From Flavobacteriales bacterium (GTDB lineage Bacteria; Bacteroidota; Bacteroidia; Flavobacteriales_D; Sanyastnellaceae): DNA of 64,000 nt. A program made the position numbers and the translations under genes. The notes beneath the pieces are model-generated. The model was not told where the DNA came from and searched no databases. It saw nothing but the letters and a program-made list of their open reading frames with translations. Each line of letters begins with the position of its first letter. Positions within the stretch are counted from its first letter, which is position 1. Below are positions 16,559-25,916 of this stretch, in pieces. Location of the stretch: NCBI GenBank assembly GCA_041391745.1, contig JAWKNK010000002.1, positions 203,576-267,575 on the forward strand, written 5' to 3'.

Positions 16559-19500
16559 TCATTTGTTTAGGAGAACCCGAACAGCTGCTTCTAGTTGTTC
16601 ATCTCTTCCAGAAGTGGCTGTTTGGGGTCTATTTTCAACTTTCACATCGGGTTCAAGCTGTGTGTTTTCCATAAACTTACCATCATTGGTAATCATTCCA
16701 ACCTGAGGAATTCCAAACACAACTCCATTCTGTAAACCCTCCCACCAAACGGCCGTACCCGTTCCTGGCACTGGCATTCCGATTAATTTACCTACACCTA
16801 ATTCTCTGTATGTAAATGGAAACATGTGTGCATCTGAATAATTACTTTCATTCATTACAACTACAGATGGCTTCGACCATTTGAATTGAGGTTCGCTTCC
16901 CAAATCCTGACCTCTTGGAGAAATGCGGATGTAAGGTTTTCCACCAAGGAAGGTAGCCAAGTCATCGTGCAGCCATCCACCACCATTGAATCGCGTGTCT
17001 ACTACAAGCGCCTTCTTTAATCCGTGCTTACCGAGTGCTTTTTCATAAACTACTCTGAAGCTCGGGTCGTCCATTCCGCGAACATGCACATATCCAATAG
17101 TGCCATTTGACAACGAGTCTACGATGTGCTCGCAGCGCTCCACCCAACGTTGATAAAGCAATTCATTTTCATATCCACGTGAAATAGGTTTCACCACTTC
17201 TTCCCAACGAACGTTTGTTGTTGGGTTGAACAAACTCAACAACGTGTTCTTTCCATCCTTTCTATTTAATAAAGGATAATAATTGAGTTCAGGAGTAATT
17301 TCTACGCCATCAATTTTTTCGATGATAACACCATTTACAATCTTCGAGTCATTTTTTACGATTGGATTTTTGTGAATCACTTCTTTAATTTTCAATCCCT
17401 TTCCAGTGTAAGTATCATCATAGAAAAATCCGAGTGACGCTGTTTGGTCACCTTGAGGTTTTGCATTCCAATAAAAAGCTCCAGTATGCGATGCGTTAAG
17501 CTCTCCAAGCATTTCACCCATCATATCCGCAAAGTCATAATTGTTGTTCACATCTCCCACTTTTTTCGCGTATTCCGCTTTGTAAAAATCCCATTTTACA
17601 CCATGTAGATCTTTCACATAAAACTTCTTTACCACTTGGCGCCAAATGTGTTCAAACAAATAAGCGCGCTCCTCATTGGCGTTCAGAATCATTTCCCCAT
17701 GAACACCAATTGGTTTTGATTCACCGCTAGCCATATCTATTTTATTGATCGATCCATTGGCCACAACAAACAAGAATTTGTCAGTCGAATCAGGGAATAT
17801 ACTTCCGTATCCTGTTCCGAGTTTTGCAAGAATTTTCGTCTCCTTCGTTCTCAAATCTGTTTTCCAAAGGTCCACACCTTTTTCCATTTCAGCCATGTAA
17901 TAAAGCGCGCTGCCATCCTTGCTTACGTAGGCATCCGACAAGTTGGATGAGTGAATTGTAAGGCGAACTTTTCTATCCATGAAACCATCAAGTTCCATTT
18001 TCAATGGTTCGATGCTTTTCTTTTCTTCTTCCTTTTTCTTTGATTTATCGTCCTTCTTTTTTCCCTCTTCAGCCTTCTTTTTTTCCTCTTCTTTTTTCTT
18101 CTTTTCTTCCTGATAAATTTCAAAATCTTCTTTCGACATTTTGAATTCATCAAAAGCTTCTTGCGTCAAAAAGGATGCGTACACATCGGATTGTGCGCCC
18201 CAACTCGCATGATTCTTCAAGCCATTTCTTGATGAAGTCCAAATCACCATTTTTCCATTCATCATCCATCTTGGCATTTCAGCGCCATAGCCTGATTCCG
18301 TTAGGTTAAGCACCGTTCCTTTACCGTCGGAACTCACCAATCCTGCTTGCGAAATCCACTGTGCACCTGGCAAGTAGTTAACTAAAAACCACTTTCCATC
18401 GGGTGACCACTGATAGAACTGATCGCCATCTGCATAAGAATAATTTTTATCGCCAGACACAATTGTTCGAACGGCCTTTGATTCCAAATTGATTACACGC
18501 AAAGTGGTACGCTCTTCCAAAAACGCAATCTCTTTTCCATCGGGTGAATACTGAGGTTGAAACGTCTCCTCTTTGGTAGCGATGATTGTGTCTTCTTTTA
18601 AAACTGTAGATGTATAAAAATACAATTCTTCTTTTCTAGAAATAGATGAACGATAAATGTTCCAAGATCCATTTCTTTCTCCTGAATAAATCAATGCGCG
18701 TCCATCTGGACTGAATTGAATATCCCGTTCTTGTTCGGGTGTGTTGGTGATACGCTTCGTGGTGCCTTCAGCTGTTGAAGCCACAAATACTTCTCCTCTA
18801 TGAATGAATGCAAACTCTTTTCCGTTTGGCGAAAGAGCGAAGTCGCTGACATTGTTTACAGGAATTGTTTCCACTGGAGTGTAGTGTCCGTCAACCGCAA
18901 TTTTCACATCTACTTTTTGTGGTGTTCCTCCTTCACGCAATGTGAAAATTTCACCATGATAGATGTAGCATAAGATACCATCTGAACTCACGCTCAACGA
19001 TCGAACGGGATGTTCCATATAGCTTGTTAAAACGGATGCACCTCTTGCTCCAGGCTCCGTTTTAAAGATATTCATACTACCATCCTGTTCGCTCAAAAAA
19101 TAAATGCTCTTGCCATCTGGAGCCCACACAGGATCAAGGTCTTCACCTCCGAAAGTGCTAACTTTTGTATACTCTTTTGTATTAAAATTATACGTCCAAA
19201 TATCGCGCGTCACCGATGAAGTATGGTGTTTTCTGAATTCATCCTCATAGCCTTTTTGATCTTGGAACACAATCACAGAACCATCGGCATTATAATCCAC
19301 TTCCAATGCAGGTGTTGTCAAAATTTGAATTTCTCTTCCACCAGTAACAGCAACTTTATACAATTCAGGAAATGCCCCAGTCGGATTTTGCTGATAGTTC
19401 GCATTGTCCATTCTAGACGATGAGAAAACTATAAACTTCCCGTCTGGCGTGAAGTCACATGGAGTATCCCCGCTGCTGTGATAGGTGAGGCGCGTGGCTG

Positions 19501-19792
19501 TTCCACCTGTTGCGGGTACTATGAAAACATCGAAGTTTCCGTATCGATCTGAAGCGAATGCAATTGATTTTCCATCGGGCGACCATATTGGATTTTTCTC
19601 ATATGATTCGTCAAGTGTAAGCACCTTCGCCTCACCTCCATCCGATGCTACCACGTACACGTCGCCCTTATAACAGAAGGCGATTTGTGAACCATCAGGA
19701 GAAATCGAAGGAAATCTCATCCATTCTGGAGTTGTCTGAGCTTGAAAAACAAATGCTGCTAATACAGCAACTAGACTTAAAGCGTATTTCAT
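16559..19792 (-). CDS. Tricorn-protease-like S41 peptidase: TolB-like beta-propellers, PDZ and an S41 catalytic domain, 1077 aa
   Basis: Signal peptide present. Repeated ..SPDGKxIAF.. propeller blades. C-terminal S41 region ...VVDTRFNGGGW...SDAHMFPF...GTGTAVWW. A K/E-rich low-complexity insert (EEKKKKEEEKKKAEEGKKKDDKSKKKEEEKK) lies in the middle. Confidence 0.75.
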   Translation of the reverse strand: MKYALSLVAVLAAFVFQAQTTPEWMRFPSISPDGSQIAFCYKGDVYVVASDGGEAKVLTLDESYEKNPIWSPDGKSIAFASDRYGNFDVFIVPATGGTATRLTYHSSGDTPCDFTPDGKFIVFSSSRMDNANYQQNPTGAFPELYKVAVTGGREIQILTTPALEVDYNADGSVIVFQDQKGYEDEFRKHHTSSVTRDIWTYNFNTKEYTKVSTFGGEDLDPVWAPDGKSIYFLSEQDGSMNIFKTEPGARGASVLTSYMEHPVRSLSVSSDGILCYIYHGEIFTLREGGTPQKVDVKIAVDGHYTPVETIPVNNVSDFALSPNGKEFAFIHRGEVFVASTAEGTTKRITNTPEQERDIQFSPDGRALIYSGERNGSWNIYRSSISRKEELYFYTSTVLKEDTIIATKEETFQPQYSPDGKEIAFLEERTTLRVINLESKAVRTIVSGDKNYSYADGDQFYQWSPDGKWFLVNYLPGAQWISQAGLVSSDGKGTVLNLTESGYGAEMPRWMMNGKMVIWTSSRNGLKNHASWGAQSDVYASFLTQEAFDEFKMSKEDFEIYQEEKKKKEEEKKKAEEGKKKDDKSKKKEEEKKSIEPLKMELDGFMDRKVRLTIHSSNLSDAYVSKDGSALYYMAEMEKGVDLWKTDLRTKETKILAKLGTGYGSIFPDSTDKFLFVVANGSINKIDMASGESKPIGVHGEMILNANEERAYLFEHIWRQVVKKFYVKDLHGVKWDFYKAEYAKKVGDVNNNYDFADMMGEMLGELNASHTGAFYWNAKPQGDQTASLGFFYDDTYTGKGLKIKEVIHKNPIVKNDSKIVNGVIIEKIDGVEITPELNYYPLLNRKDGKNTLLSLFNPTTNVRWEEVVKPISRGYENELLYQRWVERCEHIVDSLSNGTIGYVHVRGMDDPSFRVVYEKALGKHGLKKALVVDTRFNGGGWLHDDLATFLGGKPYIRISPRGQDLGSEPQFKWSKPSVVVMNESNYSDAHMFPFTYRELGVGKLIGMPVPGTGTAVWWEGLQNGVVFGIPQVGMITNDGKFMENTQLEPDVKVENRPQTATSGRDEQLEAAVRVLLNK

Positions 19793-19847
19793 AGTAGGGG
19801 TATTTCCGTGCCAATATATTTATTCCACTCCAAAATGACGTGCCGCT

Positions 19848-19877
19848 CATCCTATTTGTTGCAATCCACAAATAGGA
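19848..19877. promoter_or_regulatory. Perfect 10-bp inverted repeat (TCCTATTTGT-N8-ACAAATAGGA) in the divergent promoter region. It is a candidate operator.
   Basis: tcctatttgt tgcaatcc acaaatagga lies between the tricorn-like protease (-) and the SAM-methyltransferase (+). No U-tract follows on either strand. Confidence 0.4.
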
Positions 19878-19911
19878 TCAAATAAAAAATATCGTCTAAA
19901 TTCACCACCCA

Positions 19912-20592
19912 ATGAACACGGAAACAGAAAAAATAAAAGAGCGATACGCCAAAAGAGCGGCAAGTGAAACTGTTCTAAAACACAGTCAGTCGGCGGTGTA
20001 CAATGAGTTTTCTCGCGAAGAAAAGGAGCGAGTTTTCGAACGATTCATACGTCAATATGTAGGTGATCCAGAAAAATTGAGTGTGCTAGAAATTGGAGCA
20101 GGAGGTGGTATAAATATTTCTTTTTTTAAAAATATCGGAGTTCCAGCTCATCAAATCTTCGGAAATGAGCTTTTAGCAGAACGCGTAGAAGACTTGCAAT
20201 TGCGCCATCCCGACATTCACATTATAGCGGGTGATGCACTCCAAATAGATGAAAACACATTTGGTAAAATGGATGTCATTTTTCAAAGCACCGTTTTCAC
20301 TTCCATTTTAGATGATGGTTTTAAAAGCAAATTGGCAGAGAAAATGAAAGCACTTCTTAAGCCAAATGGAATGGTGCTTTGGTATGACTTTGTTTACAAT
20401 AATCCTTCAAATAAAGATGTAAAGGGAGTCCCTGTTGCAGAAGTCCGAACACTGTTTCCAGACTTTGATTTTCATTTTGAAAAAGTAACGCTTGCTCCAC
20501 CTATCGGCCGTCGCGTGGGCAGTATGTATCCCCTTTTCAATGCACTTCCTTTTTTAAGAACACATGTTGTAGGCGCGGGAATTAGACTTTAA
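19912..20592 (+). CDS. Class I SAM-dependent methyltransferase
   Basis: Motif I LEIGAGGGINISFF, with the downstream D/E acidic loop typical of the Rossmann methyltransferase fold. Confidence 0.7.
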   Translation: MNTETEKIKERYAKRAASETVLKHSQSAVYNEFSREEKERVFERFIRQYVGDPEKLSVLEIGAGGGINISFFKNIGVPAHQIFGNELLAERVEDLQLRHPDIHIIAGDALQIDENTFGKMDVIFQSTVFTSILDDGFKSKLAEKMKALLKPNGMVLWYDFVYNNPSNKDVKGVPVAEVRTLFPDFDFHFEKVTLAPPIGRRVGSMYPLFNALPFLRTHVVGAGIRL

Positions 20593-21050
20593 ATTTTCAA
20601 TTGTCTTGAAAATGATTCTTCCAAACTGATCAAGGTTTCAGTTCTTGCTACGCCATCCACTTTTTGAATGCGATCTGAAAGAACATCACGCAAGTGACTT
20701 GTGCCCTTGCATTGCACTTTCAAAAAAAGTGAATATGTTCCTGTAGTGTAATGGCATGAAAGCACTTCGGGGATTTTCTGTAGTTCGCGAACCACCTTGT
20801 AGTACACATCGCTGCTCGCAAGGTACACCCCAATAAAAGCGGTGATATCCCAACCCAAAGCTGCAATGTCGATTTGCAATTGTGGCTTTTTGACAATGCC
20901 AGCTTCCTCCATTTTTTTCATGCGTACGTGCACAGTACCCGCAGCCACGTGCACTTTTTTAGCCACTTCAGTATACGGAGTAAAAGCATCCTGAGAAAGA
21001 ATGTTCAAAATCTTAATATCGATGTTGTCAATTTGATAATTCATCGCCAT
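20589..21050 (-). CDS. Lrp/AsnC-family transcriptional regulator
   Basis: N-terminal HTH (DNIDIKILNILSQDAFTPYTEVAKKVHVAAGTVHVRMKKMEEAGIV) plus a C-terminal RAM domain. Length is 153 aa. Confidence 0.8.
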   Translation of the reverse strand: MAMNYQIDNIDIKILNILSQDAFTPYTEVAKKVHVAAGTVHVRMKKMEEAGIVKKPQLQIDIAALGWDITAFIGVYLASSDVYYKVVRELQKIPEVLSCHYTTGTYSLFLKVQCKGTSHLRDVLSDRIQKVDGVARTETLISLEESFSRQLKI

Positions 21051-21181
21051 AATTTTGATGTAAAATTATCATATTTTTAATAAAAACACTATTTTATTAA
21101 ATTTCATCTAAAAATAATAGTAAAAACGTGCGTTTTTCGTAATAATTCAAGTGTTTAGCATACTTTTGTCATGTCAATCAA

Positions 21182-21325
21182 TCGAAAATACTGTTGGGTG
21201 ATGAAATTGGCAGACATACCCTACTGTCGCTAGGGTGAGGAGTTCGAAATAAAGAGAGAACGAGCTAAATGATGCAGGAAATTTGGTTCGTTTAATCCTA
21301 ATCGCCTCGTGGGGGTTCGAGTCCT
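21182..21325 (+). ncRNA. tRNA-Asp(GUC)-like RNA gene. The acceptor stem, D-loop, anticodon arm and T-arm are split by a ~70-nt insertion at 21231-21300.
   Basis: 5' TGTTGGG pairs with 3' TCCAACA (6 Watson-Crick pairs plus one G-U). D-loop AATTGG. Anticodon stem-loop ACCCTA-CTGTCGC-TAGGGT with GTC at 21216-21218. T-arm GGGGG-TTCGAGT-CCTTC matches the GGTTCGAGTCC of Bacteroidota tRNA-Asp. The total length is 144 nt. No CCA is encoded. Confidence 0.45.
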
Positions 21326-21373
21326 TCTCCAACAGCAATCAAATGTGGTTTGTTTGGTTATACAGAGTTTATC

Positions 21374-21400
21374 TCAGAAAATCAGCGCTCAAACGTGAGC
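21374..21400 (+). terminator. Rho-independent terminator downstream of the tRNA-like RNA
   Basis: AGCGCTCA-aac-GTGAGCGCT followed by TTTTTTTATTT. Confidence 0.7.
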
Positions 21401-21495
21401 GCTTTTTTTATTTATACCCCCGAAATTCAAGAATTTAAGGCTGTAAAGTCTCATGTATTTCATCGTATATTTGCAGGCCTTTTTTCGGCACACAT

Positions 21496-23286
21496 ATGAA
21501 GCACATTCGTAACTTTTGTATCATCGCTCACATCGACCATGGAAAATCAACTTTGGCCGACCGTCTTTTGCAAGTCACTGGCACGGTAGACAACCGTAAG
21601 CTAGTAGCGCAAACTCTTGATGATATGGACCTTGAGAGAGAGAAGGGTATTACCATCAAAGCACACGCTATCCAGATGGAGTACACTCACAAAGGAGAAA
21701 AATACGTTCTCAACCTTATCGATACTCCAGGTCACGTTGACTTTAGCTACGAAGTTTCTCGCTCTATCGCTGCATGCGAAGGAGCATTGCTTATTGTGGA
21801 TGCAACACAAGGGATTCAAGCACAGACCATCTCCAATCTTTACTTAGCATTGGAGCATGATCTTGAAATCATCCCTGTGTTGAACAAGCTCGATCTTGAT
21901 AATGCTGAACCAGAAGTGGTGAAAGATCAAATCGTTGATTTGATCGGTTGCGATAGAGATAGCATCCTTGCTGCATCAGGAAAAACGGGTTTCGGAGTAG
22001 ACACTATTCTTGATGCTATTATTGATAGGGTCCCTTCTCCAAAAGGAGACGTTGATGGGCCACTTCAAGCAATGATCTTCGACTCGATGTTCAACTCGTT
22101 CCGAGGAATCATCGCTTACTACCGTATTCTAAACGGTACTTTGAAAAAGGGAGATAAGGTTAAATTCCTCAGCACCGACCGCACTTATGAGGCAGACGAA
22201 GTAGGTGTATTGGGATTGGACCTCAAACCAAAAAGCGAAGTTCGCGCAGGCGACGTTGGATATATCATCAGTGGTATCAAAACCGCTACGGAGGTTAAGG
22301 TCGGCGACACCATCACTACGGTGGCAAACCCTTGTACCGATGCGGTAAAAGGTTTTGAAGATGTGAAGCCAATGGTATTCGCAGGTGTTTATCCTGTTGA
22401 TACTGAAGATTACGAAGAACTACGCGCATCGATGGAAAAACTCCAATTGAACGATGCTTCTTTGGTATTTGAACCTGAAAGTTCTGCCGCACTTGGATTC
22501 GGTTTCCGCTGCGGATTCTTAGGAATGCTTCACTTGGAAATCATTCAAGAAAGATTGGAGCGCGAGTTCAATATGACTGTAATTACAACCGTTCCAAACG
22601 TTAGTTACTACGCCTACACTTCTCGCGGAGAAAAGCTTGAAATTCATAACCCAAGCGAACTCCCAGATCCTGCAAAATTAGATTACGTAGAAGAACCATA
22701 TATCAAAGCGCAAATCATTACGAAAAGTGAATACACTGGTTCGGTAATGACTTTATGTATTGAAAAAAGAGGAATGTTAATCAATCAGCACTACCTCACT
22801 GCAGACCGCGTGGAGCTTACTTTTGAGATGCCACTTGCAGAAATCGTGTTCGACTTCTATGATCGTTTGAAAACCATTTCAAGAGGTTATGCTTCTTTCG
22901 ACTATTTCCCATTGGGTTATAAAGAAAGTGCCCTTGTGAAAATGGATATTCTCCTCAATGGTGATCAAGTAGATGCCTTGTCGGCATTGATTCACCGCGA
23001 CCACGCATTCGACCTTGGTAAGAAAATTTGTTTGAAGCTAAAAGAATTGATCCCAAGACAACAATTCGAAATTGCGCTTCAAGCAGCCATTGGTGCGAAG
23101 ATCATTGCGCGTGAAACCATTAAGGCGCTCCGTAAAGACGTAACCGCGAAGTGTTACGGTGGTGACATTTCTCGTAAAAGAAAACTTCTTGAAAAACAGA
23201 AAGAAGGTAAAAAGAGAATGCGTCAAGTAGGTAGCGTAGAGGTTCCACAGGAAGCATTCCTAGCCGTATTGAAGCTTAATTCGTAA
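21496..23286 (+). CDS. lepA: Translation elongation factor 4 (LepA)
   Basis: [25 protein letters not shown]...DTPGHVDF...NKLDL. Length is 596 aa. Confidence 0.9.
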   Translation: MKHIRNFCIIAHIDHGKSTLADRLLQVTGTVDNRKLVAQTLDDMDLEREKGITIKAHAIQMEYTHKGEKYVLNLIDTPGHVDFSYEVSRSIAACEGALLIVDATQGIQAQTISNLYLALEHDLEIIPVLNKLDLDNAEPEVVKDQIVDLIGCDRDSILAASGKTGFGVDTILDAIIDRVPSPKGDVDGPLQAMIFDSMFNSFRGIIAYYRILNGTLKKGDKVKFLSTDRTYEADEVGVLGLDLKPKSEVRAGDVGYIISGIKTATEVKVGDTITTVANPCTDAVKGFEDVKPMVFAGVYPVDTEDYEELRASMEKLQLNDASLVFEPESSAALGFGFRCGFLGMLHLEIIQERLEREFNMTVITTVPNVSYYAYTSRGEKLEIHNPSELPDPAKLDYVEEPYIKAQIITKSEYTGSVMTLCIEKRGMLINQHYLTADRVELTFEMPLAEIVFDFYDRLKTISRGYASFDYFPLGYKESALVKMDILLNGDQVDALSALIHRDHAFDLGKKICLKLKELIPRQQFEIALQAAIGAKIIARETIKALRKDVTAKCYGGDISRKRKLLEKQKEGKKRMRQVGSVEVPQEAFLAVLKLNS

Positions 23287-23287
23287 G

Positions 23288-23782
23288 TTGTATTATCTTC
23301 GGAAAATCATGCTAACGGTTTTTCGAATACTTTCTATCATTGGTTCTGCCGGAATGATCCTGGCTATTTTCTTGCATTTAGCTATGCAGGAAGGAAGCCT
23401 TGAATTTTTCGATTACCTTCAAATGGGAATGGTTGTTTTTCTTTCGGCACAGTTGATTTATGTGCTGTCCACAAGCAAGCTTATATCCGGTAAAAAGTAT
23501 CACGACCTCGAAACGATTGATACCGCCTGGGCTTATGAGGAAAAGGAAAATCAACAAGTCATAAGCAACAATATGTTTCTGATTTCCATGGCGGTCATGG
23601 GTGGGCTCGTTTGGCTTTACTTCCTTTTCGTATTTGCCATTACCATTCGGTACCTACCTGGCCTTGATTACTCAGATACCAAAGCTCAAATATTCCTCGT
23701 CGCCATCGTGTCACAGTTCCTCGGAGCAGTTCCATCAGTAATATACAATGTAAGAACCTGGAATAAAAGCGTTCTTGCATAG
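23288..23782 (+). CDS. Hypothetical membrane protein
   Basis: 164 aa with 4 TM segments. The start may instead be at 23309 (MLTVF...). Confidence 0.4.
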   Translation: MYYLRKIMLTVFRILSIIGSAGMILAIFLHLAMQEGSLEFFDYLQMGMVVFLSAQLIYVLSTSKLISGKKYHDLETIDTAWAYEEKENQQVISNNMFLISMAVMGGLVWLYFLFVFAITIRYLPGLDYSDTKAQIFLVAIVSQFLGAVPSVIYNVRTWNKSVLA

Positions 23783-23857
23783 TCACACACCAACACTTGT
23801 TCATAATCGTTAGCAACGCGCTGCCCATTCGTTGGACAATGATTTTATTTTTAGCCC

Positions 23858-25445
23858 ATGAAATTATTTAGATACTTCCTTTCCATTTCATTGATGCTTC
23901 AGATCTTTTTTGCATCAGCTCAAACCCAGGAATTTCAAGATAAATATCCCAATGGCAACGTGCGAAGCGAGGGTATTTACGAAAGAGGATTTGAAGATGG
24001 TCTTTGGAAATATTATTATGAAGACGGAACTCTGCAAGAAGAAGCCAACTACAAAATGGGAAAGTTTCATGGCAGCGTGTTTCGCTACCATCCAAATGGA
24101 AAATTGATGGTAGAAGGCTACTTCAAAAATGACAAGCAAGACAGCATCCAGCGCACATTCACGGCAGACAGCATCCTTGTGGAGCAAGGCCTTTGGGCAA
24201 AGGGAGTGAAGACCGGAGAATGGGATTATTTCTACGCAAGTGGTGATACCATGATGATAGAAAATCATCTTGACTCTGTGGTAATGATGCTCGAGTATTT
24301 CACTTCATCGGGTGAGCATACTTTGAAAAAAGGCAACGGCACCGTCGCGGATCATTTTGAAAACGGTCGATTAAAATCGATCACGAATTATAAAAATGGT
24401 TTGCCCGACGGAAAATTCGAGGAATACTTTTCAGGTGGTTCCGTTCGCATTTCTGGAAATTATATTCAAGGGAAAAAAGATGGGGAATGGGTCGATTTAT
24501 TTCCAACAGGAAAAACAAAAAAATCACCACTTATAGTCAAGGTATTTTAAATGGAAAAATCGAAGAGTATTATGTGAATGGTCAGCTCAACGTAAAAGGC
24601 AATCACACCAATGGTAAAAAGAATGGACATTGGGAATGGTTTTTAGAAGGTGGTGAAAAAGACATGCAAGGGGACTTTGTAGACGACGTGCAGCAAGGAG
24701 ATTGGATCTATTGGTATAAAAACGGAAACAAGCAGTACTGGGGAGCCTACGAAGATGGCAGATGCATGGCACATGGCAATATCAATATTGGGGAGGAGAA
24801 AAATGGAAGTCGGGCAACTATGCAAAAGGACTGAAAGAAGGAGCTTGGCAATATTGGTTTGAAAATGGAAAATTGTTGATGGAGGAAATTTCAAAAACGA
24901 TTTGGAACAAGGAGTTTGGACGAGTTATTACGATTCGGGAAGATTAAAAGACAAAGGCTCGTACGATAAAGGCAAGCTGAAAGGTGCATGGGAAGGCTAT
25001 TATCCTAATGGAGTGAAAACCTATGTAGGAAGCTGAATGGTGATGTGAAAACAGGAAGTTGGTCATATTGGTCAGACCAAGGAAAATTGGAAAAGAAAGA
25101 AACCTACAACGCTGAGGAGTATTGAATGGTCCAAGCGAAACCTATGGTGAGAATGGAAAGCTTGAAAGCAAGGGTTCATTCAAAAATGGTAAGCCCAATG
25201 GAAAGTGGGAGTACTATTATGGACATGGAGCGCCGCTCAGATTTTGCAGTTTCAAAGAAGGCAAGCTCGATGGTAAGTCAACCATGTATGGAAAGAATGG
25301 AAGAATTGTAGAAGAGTGCGACTACAAAAACAATAAGCGTCACGGTATCTACACCAGCTACGATGAAAAAACGGGCAAGGTTGTTCTCAAGCAAGAATAC
25401 AACGAGGGTGTAGCGGGCAAAGTGCTCGAGGGAAAACCGAAGTAG
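23858..25445 (+). pseudogene. MORN-repeat / YwqK-family (antitoxin-like) repeat protein gene, fragmented by at least five 1-nt frameshifts
   Basis: Signal peptide at 23858. The GxWxxYYENGxLxxEGxYKNGKKxGxW repeats continue through four track ORFs (23858-24550, 24487-24834, 24762-24947, 25122-25445) and two short untracked frames (24950-25120). The shifts are at an A7 run (~24520), ~24770, GG/GGG (~24883), agc(t)tgaatgg (~25033) and tat(t)tgaatgg (~25110). Confidence 0.6.
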
Positions 25446-25890
25446 AAAAGGAGACTAGAGAGTGTGAGGGTTTGGAAGAGTTGGATTATTTGGAGAGATT
25501 GGATTTTTTTGGAATTGTTGGAAGAATTGGAAAGTATGGAAGTCTGAGAATTTTCCAATAGTAGATTCACATTGCTCAAGGATCGAGGATTCAAGGATTC
25601 GAGGATTCGAGGATTCGGATTCGAGGATTCAAGATCGAGGACACTTGTCCCGAGCTCGTCTCGGGAAGGATTGAGGATTGGAGAGACAAAAGAGTGTGAG
25701 AGTTTGGAAGATGGGAGTGTGGGAGTGTGGGAACGTAATGTGAATCCACTGACGAAAACAATTCTCGATGCTCAATTCTCGAATCGAGAATCGGGAATCG
25801 GGAATCGAGAATCGGGAATCGAAAATCCTGCAGATTAAAAGGGCGGTCCCTGAGAGGAGCGCAAGCGAAGTCGAAGGGGGAACCAAAAAA
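25446..25890. repeat. Mosaic intergenic repeat element, copy B: TTGGA-rich tract, GGATTCRA tandems, the conserved core hairpins, GAGTGTGGGAGTG tracts and GAATCGRGAATCGGG tandems
   Basis: The core GGACACTTGTCCCGAGCTCGTCTCGGGAAGGATT (25639-25672) differs from copy A by compensatory changes (CCCGA/TCGGG here, CCCAG/TTGGG in A). CGGTCCCTGAG at 25866-25876 is inverted relative to copy A. The convergent gene ends flank the element. Confidence 0.55.
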
Positions 25891-25912
25891 AAACCGCGTT
25901 TCCGCGGTTTTT
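25884..25912. terminator. Bidirectional intrinsic terminator
   Basis: AAAAAAAAA-CCGCG-tttc-CGCGG-TTTTT. On the - strand it is followed by T9 and terminates the isomerase gene. Confidence 0.7.
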
Positions 25913-25916
25913 GATA

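Noticed and set aside
21182-21325. tmRNA (ssrA) as the identity of the tRNA-like RNA
   Set aside because: It is only about 144 nt, against about 350-400 nt for tmRNA. There is no tag-peptide reading frame ending in ALAA-stop. An anticodon arm is present, which tmRNA lacks. No CCA is encoded.
25572-25886. ORFs of 88 aa (+) and 85 aa (-) inside repeat copy B, and 10820-11194 (-) inside copy A
   Set aside because: These are translations of the tandem 8-mer repeats (e.g. DSRIRGFGFEDSRS, SRFSIPDSRFSIRE). They lack start context and are not conserved between the copies at the protein level.
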